Shown here: positions 55,550 to 64,000 of the stretch, one piece after another
Layout of the letters: the number at the start of each line of letters is the position of its first letter
Position numbering within the stretch: position 1 is the first letter of the stretch
Source of the DNA: a virus
Taxonomy: Duplodnaviria > Caudoviricetes
Length of the DNA: 64,000 bases
Virus record (IMG/VR): IMGVR_UViG_3300031760_000002
Coordinates: 112,840 to 176,839 of that record
Direction: 5' to 3' (one strand)
Translations under genes and position numbers: made by a program
Notes under the pieces: generated by a model
Seen by the model: the letters and a program-made list of their open reading frames with translations, nothing else
Told to the model about the DNA's origin: nothing
Databases searched by the model: none

Positions 55550-56231
55550 ATTGCCCTCCTATTCTCCGTATTTTCCGACCTTTTCCTTCTTGGCCAGTGC
55601 CTTCGTATCGACCCCGATCGCGTTGAGTCGACGAATCGTCACGTTGGTGTAGAACCCTGCGAACGTGGCATGGTCCACCACCTTCCTGCCATGGTCGTCG
55701 TAGTGGCCGTTGGCGATCTCGTGCCCATGTAGGATCAGCTTCCACCAATTCTCCTTCTTGTCCACGACGACGCATGTGTTGCAGCCAGCGAACCATCTGC
55801 CTTGGTCGACCGCGTCCCTTACGTTTTCATCGATGTCCTTCATGACAGCAGATCCTTGTTTTTGTCCAGGAACTCGTTGGCTCTTACGATGAGACCCGGG
55901 TGGTACTCCGACTTTCCAACGGCGTCGACGAATTCCTTAAGAAGCCTTGCGGCCTGCTCGGCCTTCTCCCAGAACTGGACCTTCTCCCGATGCTCCGCTT
56001 CGTTGCTCTGACGCAGGTCGTCGCATTCGTTTCCGATCTGATGGATCTCGTCCTTCAGATCGTGGATCTTCCAGTTCAGAGCCGTCACGGAGTTCTCCCC
56101 GTAGTAGTCGATCAGCTTTTCGCAGGCCTCCTTGTACGACCCGTTCTCCAGAAGGGTCCGGATGTACACGGCGTCCACGTTCGGCAGCGACAAATGCGAG
56201 TCGATCGCGAACCGCTTCACGAACAATGTGC

Positions 56232-56609
56232 TTAGGTCGGTGTCCATAGATGCTCCTTTTTGTTGTAGGTGTTCAATTTTTCCATCATGTATCGGTACAT
56301 TCTTTCGGTCGGGATGAAATTGTGCCTGTGCATCTCCTCGAGACCGAACGTCCATGCCCGGAGCTCGTGTTCGAGGATCGCCATGTCATGGTACCGGTTC
56401 TTCTTCCTTCTGACGTCGACTATGTGGCCGACCTCATGGAAGAAAGCCGCCAGCATGTCGTCGCCTCTGTCGAATTCGCCAAGCCAGATGTGCCTGCGGC
56501 ACTGCCCGCCGTTGTTCCTGCCCGGATTTGGATCCGGGTACAGCAGAACGATCCTGTGCTTCCTGGCGTAGTCGCGGATGCACCATTCAGCGGTTCTCTT
56601 GCTTATCAT
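56232..56609 (-). CDS. Small HExxH metallopeptidase-like protein
   Basis: FFHEVGH...HELRAW. Confidence 0.6.
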   Translation of the reverse strand: MISKRTAEWCIRDYARKHRIVLLYPDPNPGRNNGGQCRRHIWLGEFDRGDDMLAAFFHEVGHIVDVRRKKNRYHDMAILEHELRAWTFGLEEMHRHNFIPTERMYRYMMEKLNTYNKKEHLWTPT

Positions 56610-57391
56610 CCTTGTACTTCCGGCTGCACCGGAACTCGATGTTGATGTCCTCGGCGATCGACATGGCCACCAGGCCGCAGATCCCTCCTCCCAGACAGGC
56701 CGCCACGATTCGTGTGAACTTGTACAGGAAGATGGCGTCCAGCACCGTCGCCACTATAGCACCGACGAAAAGCCCGACCGTGACCAGGAAGACCCAGTCG
56801 AACCACAGGTGCTTCGGATCACTGCTCATTGGGCTTCTCCTTCCTCACGGCGTTCATGGCGTCGGCGAGATCCTGGATCACCTCGACGAGGTTCTCGACG
56901 AAGTACCTCTTGCAAGAGTATCCCGGCACCGAGAATCCCTCCATGGACGCCCGGATCCCGGTCAGCTTGTCGTACGCGGCCTGCGCATCCCGGTATTGCA
57001 GCCCGTGCTTCGTGAACACGTCCGTGATCTCGTCGTAAATCTTCCTGTCGAAGGCGCGCAGCTCCTGCTCGGCCTTCTTCTCCTCTTCGTAGTCGTTCAT
57101 TGGTTCCTCCTTACAGTTCGATGTTGTTCGCCACGCGGCGGACTTCCGCCATGCTTTTCATGTCGTCGTTACGAAGATGGCCGACCGTCTTCTTCATCCG
57201 GTTGACAGCCTTCTCCAGCTCGTCGGCCCAGTCCAGGATAGCCTTGTCGTCGTCCCTTAGGCATTCGGCCGCCTGCCTGACCGTCACGGAGTCGGTAGGA
57301 TTCTCGTACAGTTCTTTTGCGATCTTGGCCGCGTATGAATCCGTGGCGGCCTTGCGCATGTTCGCTATGATCTGCTCAATCGTGTTCATCT

Positions 57392-58900
57392 TTATGTCCT
57401 TTCTATCATGCTGAAGATTTTTTCCATGGCTTCCCTTGACTTCTTCCTTATCTCTGATGCCTTGTCCGTGAACCCCTTCGACGCAAGGGACCGGGCCCTT
57501 TTGTCGTACGATTTCAACTTGCCCAGCGTCTCCGACACGAACTTGGCGTTCTTCCTGCGTTCCTTGAGGATCTTGCGGCCGCCTTCGTTGAACCGGCAGA
57601 AGTGGAAGTCGCTGGCCTTCTTGACGACATCGAAGATCTTGTCGATCTTCGCGTCGTACTCGGCCCACTCCTTGACTGCTTCCGCATTCTGGCGCTTGTC
57701 GTCCGGGTCAGGACGCTTGTGCACAGGCCTTGTAGGCGCGCCTTCGGCAGACATGTTGAGCCTTAGGCATTCCCTGCACGGAAGCGGAGGCGTAAACGAT
57801 TTCATCCCTGCGAAAAGATCGCTTGAAATGAATTTGTCTACGGTCATCCCGTGCTCGTGCGTAGCCAGGTCTATGCAAGGCACGTACAGGTCCAGCGAAC
57901 TAGGCCCATCCATGGCGGAAGCCGGAACCATGAAGTTCGCGCTGTGCCACGACGAGTCGTCGTTCCTTCCGACAAGCGGGGCCTTGCATAGTTCGTCCGC
58001 GGCCATCCATCCCGATATCGACAGAAGAGACGGCATGCATGACCATCTGTTCATTTCGAGCCACGACCTGTCGTTTTCGTTGGGATTTCCCTCCCTGGCA
58101 GACCACGGCTGCGGTTCAAGGTGCACTCCAACAAGCACGGCTATGGTGTCAATGTACGGCCGCATTCCGTTCTGGCCGATCCTTGTCGACAGCCATGGTT
58201 TTCTTATGTTGGTTGACACCACTGCCTTTATTCCTATGGATTCGACATCCGACCTCCTACATGGTTTTCCGTATACGATTTCGTCAGGAGACGGGCACCA
58301 TACGGTAAGACCGTACCTATCCGCTATGGCCATCTCGGCCAGGCATTCCAGAAACCCGTTTCCGTACGCCATTCCGCATCTGCACGCCATGGATCTCGCA
58401 TGCGCCAACACGTGGGCCGCCTCCAGCAGCATGTACCCATTGTCGTCCGCTACCAGGTCTTTTATCCATTTTCCGACCGGTCTAAGGAATTCCCCGTCCC
58501 CGGACGGCCTTCCAACCCTGTTCAGGGACGAGGATATGCTCTTCCAGTCCGGGTTCACGTCGGCGAATGCGGGGATGCTCTTTCTTGTCACGACACGTAT
58601 CTGTCCTTTGGAGTAAGGGCATCCAAACACATGGTCCCATAGTTTTTCACGTTCCTCCGCCGGGCTGTACGCTATGTTGGACCGGTCGTTACCGTCCAGT
58701 TCCAGATGGCGTATCAACGACATCCTTTCGTCGGTGACAGAACCGGGTAGCATGCAGCCTGGCGGTATGTGAAGCCTCTCGGTGTGCTCGTTACCGCAGC
58801 GAATCCTGGAATCCGCCGCGGACTTGACCCTGTCCACCCTGCCGGACAGCGCCTTTTCAAGATCCAGGATGTCGTTCTGCGGCAACGATCTTGTATTCAT
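57392..58900 (-). CDS. Large hypothetical protein
   Basis: 502 aa uninterrupted ORF with GGAG RBS; no motif recognised. Confidence 0.75.
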   Translation of the reverse strand: MNTRSLPQNDILDLEKALSGRVDRVKSAADSRIRCGNEHTERLHIPPGCMLPGSVTDERMSLIRHLELDGNDRSNIAYSPAEEREKLWDHVFGCPYSKGQIRVVTRKSIPAFADVNPDWKSISSSLNRVGRPSGDGEFLRPVGKWIKDLVADDNGYMLLEAAHVLAHARSMACRCGMAYGNGFLECLAEMAIADRYGLTVWCPSPDEIVYGKPCRRSDVESIGIKAVVSTNIRKPWLSTRIGQNGMRPYIDTIAVLVGVHLEPQPWSAREGNPNENDRSWLEMNRWSCMPSLLSISGWMAADELCKAPLVGRNDDSSWHSANFMVPASAMDGPSSLDLYVPCIDLATHEHGMTVDKFISSDLFAGMKSFTPPLPCRECLRLNMSAEGAPTRPVHKRPDPDDKRQNAEAVKEWAEYDAKIDKIFDVVKKASDFHFCRFNEGGRKILKERRKNAKFVSETLGKLKSYDKRARSLASKGFTDKASEIRKKSREAMEKIFSMIERT

Positions 58901-59278
58901 AGTGTGTCTCCGCGCATTTCACCACGATGCATGACGAAGATGTCTTGAACGATCCTTTTTCCGAAGATTCGAACACGTCGTTCAGCATCGATATCGCTTC
59001 GGATTTGCTCTGGAACACGAACGCAGACACCACCATTACGATGTCGCCGAACGAGTTGCATTCCGATTTCACGACTACCCATCGTCTGGTACTCCGTTCT
59101 GCCCGCTTCCTAGTCTTTCCGGTGAATTTCCTGAAATACGATTGCGTAAAGTCTGGGTATCCGTCGAACTTTTCACCGGTCATCGACTGGAAATACTTCC
59201 TGTATTCGTCGTCTGTAACCTTGCCTTTTTCGTACGCGTCGACCAGATCGGCGAATGTCCTGTACACGGGGGCGCCAC

Positions 59279-59803
59279 TCATGACATTGCCTCCATTATC
59301 ATCTCCTCGGACACGGATCTCTGGCATCCTATTCCGTAGAATTTCTCCAGAATCTTTCTAGCATGCGACGTAAGGATGTACGCCCTGGCCTCGCCGGACT
59401 TGTCCACGATTCCGACATGGTCCACTATGTCGTCGGCCACATGGCTCATCTCGTGCACCATGGTAGGTATCGTAGTGCTTTTTTCGTCCCTGTTGTTGAT
59501 CCACACCAATGCCACGACACCCATGTTGACGGACGTTCCGAACGTGGTGTATCCGTTCGCTTCGCTTTGCGGCGTATCCTTTCCCCTGAAAATGAGGTTG
59601 TATATCTTCTTGTATTCCTGGAACGAGCAGTACACGAAAATTATTCCTACTTCGAACGTACCGTCGACCCATACCAGCATGTTGCCGTCGGCGGCAAGGC
59701 GCCTCGGGATGGATTCCTTCAGCGCCTTGACGACGACGGTGTTGCTAGCGGCCTGGTTCGTCGACGATTGTTGCGTCTTCAACGTCGGCTCCGTTTGCGG
59801 CAT
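59279..59803 (-). CDS. Small HExxH metallopeptidase-like protein
   Basis: MVHEMSH...GEARAY. Confidence 0.65.
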   Translation of the reverse strand: MPQTEPTLKTQQSSTNQAASNTVVVKALKESIPRRLAADGNMLVWVDGTFEVGIIFVYCSFQEYKKIYNLIFRGKDTPQSEANGYTTFGTSVNMGVVALVWINNRDEKSTTIPTMVHEMSHVADDIVDHVGIVDKSGEARAYILTSHARKILEKFYGIGCQRSVSEEMIMEAMS

Positions 59804-59959
59804 TTTTCGGCTCCTTGTCCTTGCTGCCTTTCTCCTTCGAATAGCTGTCGCGGATCTTCGACACGACGAACCGGCCTCCGATCACTGCGAGCATCGCGAT
59901 GCTGCACGCAAGGATCCTGACGCCGTCTGCTGCATCCAGGTAGTATTCCTTCGCTGTCT

Positions 59960-60388
59960 TCATTTTTGTTCTCCTTTGTTCTCCTTGTTGTTTTCCTGGT
60001 GTTCCCGCCATTGTCTGGAATCGACCGGCGGACCCCCGTACTTCTCGCAGATATCGCGGACGTACGGGTTGAACTTCTTCCAGTTGTTCTTGTGCCCGAC
60101 CACCTGGTGGCACGAGCGGCACAGCACGATCAGGTTGTCCGGGTCGTTCTTGCGATCGGGGCATGCCAGCTGGCTGATGACATGGTGCCTGTTCAGGTTC
60201 ACGTGTGAACCGCAGAACTTGCACTCGTGCATCGGAAGTTGCTTGTACTGCCACGCGGCCATCGCCGTCCCCTCCGGCACATAGATGTACGCGTCGGACT
60301 TCCTCCTTAGAAGAAGCCACAGGACGTAGGCCACGACACCGAAAGCGGCGATGTCAAGAATCTCTCCGATGCTCATTTGATCCTCCAT
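59960..60388 (-). CDS. HNH endonuclease with N-terminal transmembrane helix
   Basis: CKFCG..LNRHH..DNLIVLCRSCH; hydrophobic IAAFGVVAYVLWLLL. Confidence 0.75.
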   Translation of the reverse strand: MEDQMSIGEILDIAAFGVVAYVLWLLLRRKSDAYIYVPEGTAMAAWQYKQLPMHECKFCGSHVNLNRHHVISQLACPDRKNDPDNLIVLCRSCHQVVGHKNNWKKFNPYVRDICEKYGGPPVDSRQWREHQENNKENKGEQK

Positions 60389-62424
60389 TTTGTGTTCTTC
60401 TTCACGTAGCCGGCGTCACCGATTTTGACGGACGGCCCTTCCGACTCGTCCACCGAGAACTGTGTTCCGTCTTCGCTTTCATAGAACGAAGGCTTCGAAG
60501 CATACTCCTCCTTGATGGAATTGTACATCTCCTTGGCGTCCTTCTTGTCCTCAAACACGGTGACCTGCAGGTCACCGTCCAGTACAACCGCAACGAACGG
60601 CAGCTTGTTATCCTTTCTTGCCGGCATTCCTTTTCTCCTTCTTCAGATACTTGAACCAGTCCTTTGCAACTTCGTACATCCCGGCCTGGACGGTTTCCGT
60701 CGTGTCCTCGTCCATCTTGTAGACGTCTCCTGCGCTCTCGCCTGTGAACCACGAGATGAACCTCCCGAACAGGACCGGTCCGACGTCCTTGTCGAACTGG
60801 AGCTTCGTGAAATTCTCCGGGATCCAATCCACGTGGGTCGCGACGCCGGTGTCGAACACGACGTCCCTGAGGATCTGGACCAGGTAGATGAACCACGCTT
60901 CGTCTATGATCTTCTCGGGCTTGTCGCCGTACCGCATCTTGAAGAACGTGTCGAAGTGCGACTTCAGCGCCTTCGCCCGTTTCGTGCGAAGCCAGGATTT
61001 GTCGTCGACCACGAAGATTTCTTCGTCGGCGACCCGGTTCCATTGGTTTTCGCTAGTCATGCTTCTTCTCCGTGTGCATTCGCCAATCGGCATTCCTCTC
61101 TAGTGGTTTTCTTCGTCATCGAATTTCCTCCCATGCTCTTTCTTGTACTGCTTCCAGTTGTTGTTCGTGTCCTGGATGAAATCCCTGAAGTACTCCGTGC
61201 CGTTGAACATTTCGTACCAATTCTCGAACACATGCTGGGTATCGACGCATGCATCCAGGAACCAGGCCGGGTCCATGCCATCCTCGATTTCGATGTCGTC
61301 GACCAGTTCGTCCAGGAGGAACATGACCTCCTTGACGAACGCAATTTCGGCCGCCATGTTGATGGCGTCGGACTTGTCCATGGATTCCAGCCATTTGGCG
61401 TATGCCGGCTGGAGCGCCTTGTAGAACTCCGTTCCGTTCATTTCTTAGCCTTTCTCTTGGGAAGCTCTTCGTCCAGGAGCTTCTGGATCCTTCGCAGTGC
61501 CGCCGTGGCTCCTGTGAAGTTGCTCTTTCCGAACTTGTCGCGGGCCTCCTCGACCAGGTCCTCGATCTTGTCGATCAGAACCCCTCGCCGCATGCCTGTC
61601 TTCGTGACGTACATGCATCCGTAGTAGTATTCGTTCATGCTTCATCCTCCATTATCCTAAGTGCAGTGTACTCAACATCTCCGTAGTTGATTTTGACTTC
61701 GTTCCCGTAGTCGTATTCGGCAAAGTTGTTATCGATGTCGTAGTCGGCATCCTTGCCTGACTCAAACCCCTCCCGAATGCTATCCTTCATGCGTTCGACT
61801 TCCTTCAGCATGAAGTCTTCGGCCGTTTCTTGGGTTTCGAACCTATCGGGAAACAGGTATGCGTCGCATTCCCCGTCACTGACGTTGTAAAACGCCCTTA
61901 CGACTCTGTAGACTTTCATCGGTTTTCCTCCCTGTCTAGCGGTGCTTTGTTGCACCCGTCGTCGATCATCCAGCACAACTTCTCCGACATCTTCGAGATT
62001 TCCCGGATGTTGCCCCTCTCGGTGGCGGTGCAGTACGGAATCCCATCGATCACCTCCCGGTGGTCGCAGTTCGTACAATTCGGATACCCAGGGTATCCTC
62101 CTTCTACTTCAATTCCGTACATTCATTTTGCCCCTTTCAGTTCCACCGGGATCCGGTCGTTCGGATCGACTTCAGCGTCCTTGTTGATCAGCGACAGGAA
62201 CTTGTTGATCCTGTACGTCTTAGATGACCCCTGGTCGGTCCACGAGTCCTCCGTCTTCCTGTACGAATAGGAGACGAACACGTAGTCCTCCTCCGGATCA
62301 ACGTGGATCTCGTCTACGCCGATATAGTCGTACTCCGGGAACTCCGCCTTAAGGAGCTCGAGAGCCCTCGAGCAGACGTCCCAGTAGACGTCATTCGCGT
62401 GGATCAGATCCTCTTGCGTGATGA

Positions 62425-62829
62425 TCATTTGCATTCCTCCTTGATCATTTCCTTCGGCAGCTTCTCGACGACCTCCTTGTAAAGCCACTCCAGCAGGTAG
62501 CAGCGCACCTCGTCGTCGGACTCGTCCACGTCCCTGTGGCGCAGCAGCTGCAGCACGAAGTGCAGCAGCTCGTGGACCATTACCGACTTCCGGATCGGCG
62601 TCATCGAATAGATGATGGCGTCGCCGTACCAGCCGTACGTCGTGGCGTTCGAGTTCACGTGACGGCTCATCTCGTAGACGCGATCCTTCGGGAACGGCGT
62701 GTTCTCGCAGGCCCACTCCTGGAACTTGCTGAACTCGCCTCCGACGTAGACGTACAGGTTGGCGTTCCAGATCGGAACCCAGATCCAGAAGCTGCGGTGA
62801 TCCGGCTCTTTCTTGTCGATCTTTTTCAT
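62425..62829 (-). CDS. Small HExxH metallopeptidase-like protein
   Basis: MVHELLH...DEVRCY. Confidence 0.65.
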   Translation of the reverse strand: MKKIDKKEPDHRSFWIWVPIWNANLYVYVGGEFSKFQEWACENTPFPKDRVYEMSRHVNSNATTYGWYGDAIIYSMTPIRKSVMVHELLHFVLQLLRHRDVDESDDEVRCYLLEWLYKEVVEKLPKEMIKEECK

Positions 62830-64000
62830 TTGATCAGTTTCTTTTCGTGTTTTCTGCGCGCACGCCGCAGCGCAAATTTTTCATGTGCCCGGCCGTAGCA
62901 TCCTCTGGCCCACGGCACGAGATCGAGGTAGTGGTCCATGTTGTCGTGATCGTACGCGAGCGCCATCTCGTCGATTTCACGACGCTCGTTGTCGATGCAC
63001 GACGCAAGCTTCGGGTGCGTCTTGCGGTATACTTCAATGTCAAACTGGCCTCCTGGAGGCGGTTCCGGTAAGCTCATTTGTTCTCCTTTCCTTTATTTGA
63101 TCATCCCTTCCTCGAAGCACCATCTCACGAAGTCGGTCTTCTCGTCTTTCGAAATGATGAACTCGCTCTCGAACCACGCGGCCAGCGTCAGATCGTCTTC
63201 CAGGAAGACGAGGCTCCCGTCGCTGACCCTCGTAAAGTACTTCGAGTGCTGCTGGAACGCACACAGACTCATCGGTTCGATCCTCGTCGTGACCATGTCC
63301 TTCCAGTGAACCGTGCTCCAGTGCTTCGACTGGAACGCCTCCTCGAATGCGTCCCAGTTCGTGATGCCTTCGCGGAGCGCGTTGTCCTCGAAGTCGTCGA
63401 TCAGAAAAATCGGTTCGCACCCCTGGTTGATCGATTCGAGGTATTCCTGCCCGTACAATACTAGAAGACGTTCGAACTCGGCCACGTGATCTTTTCCTTC
63501 GTCGTCCGTGACTATCGCGGTCGACAGGATATCCGTATGCGACTTGATGTATTCCGGACGCCTGATTTCGATTTCAAGACTCATTTTGTATTCCCTTCTA
63601 ATTCACTAGGCACTTTGGATCGTGATCTTCACCTTGACGGGATGGACCTTAGCCTTTTCTGTGATGCACCGGAGTGGCTTTCCGTCCTTCCCAACGTGGT
63701 TCTGCAGGTACATGTGTCGAAGGCCGTTCCACTTCTTTGCGATCTCCTCGGCCTGCCATTTGGTGTCCGTATTGATAGGCATGTACCCGCTAATTCCATC
63801 GTAGCCGAATCCGCCGAGGCGGAGGTCCTTGAACTCGACGTTTGGATTGCCTCGGTAGAGCAGCGATCCGTCGTCGGTCGCCAGGACCCATCCGATCAGG
63901 GTCCTTTCGTCGTATTTCGGTCTCATTTCTTCTTCCTTTCCGTAGGAATCTTGACGACCTTGTACATGACCGGATACGGTTCGCCGTACTGCAGCCAAGA

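Larger units (their letters stand above)
49066..63998 (-). other. Dense block of more than 35 small, mostly acidic, translationally coupled hypothetical genes (accessory/early region)
   Basis: Back-to-back 60-190 aa minus-strand ORFs with GGAG RBS and ATGA overlaps; most have no recognisable motif. Confidence 0.8.

Noticed and set aside
1-64000. Long plus-strand ORFs (e.g. 1925..3016, 5999..7552, 26676..28187, 29241..31010, 57408..58616)
   Set aside because: They are antisense shadows of GC-rich minus-strand genes, with Ser/Arg/Leu-biased composition and no recognisable motifs.
1-64000. Stop-codon reassignment or suppressor tRNA
   Set aside because: Recognisable genes are intact under code 11, TAG/TGA/TAA all end coupled genes, and no canonical CTA/TCA/TTA anticodon was found. 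The CTA in the 11-nt loop RNA is off-centre.

Overview
This window is part of a GC-rich, large tailed-phage genome. Essentially every real gene is on the minus strand, and many are translationally coupled (TAATG/TGATG/GTGA overlaps). Reading in transcription order (right to left): ~64-46.5 kb holds many small accessory genes (HExxH mini-zincins, HNH, i-type lysozyme, nicotinamidase). 46.5-43.1 kb is a sigma70-driven tRNA array with 19 recognisable tRNAs, several aberrant tRNA-like RNAs, a candidate structured ncRNA and an inserted PEP-CTERM gene. ~41 kb is an origin-like region with a long inverted repeat. 40-25 kb holds middle genes (HNH, thyX, a tandem GT8 glycosyltransferase). 25-3.4 kb is a virion module: an intein-containing portal, a membrane-anchored caspase-family peptidase, six unrelated cargo genes sharing an N-terminal leader (Y-x-x-GF-x-x-K/R-C-x-x-x-G...L-x(1-2)-K-x-A/S), tail-fibre genes and Gly-rich proteins punctuated by K-x-A motifs. 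3370 to the left edge is an ORF missed by the ORF track, encoding RNA polymerase beta fused in frame to the start of beta-prime. The best candidate for an undescribed system is the leader-tagged cargo array with K-x-A processing motifs. All assignments come from reading motifs by eye; no database search was run.
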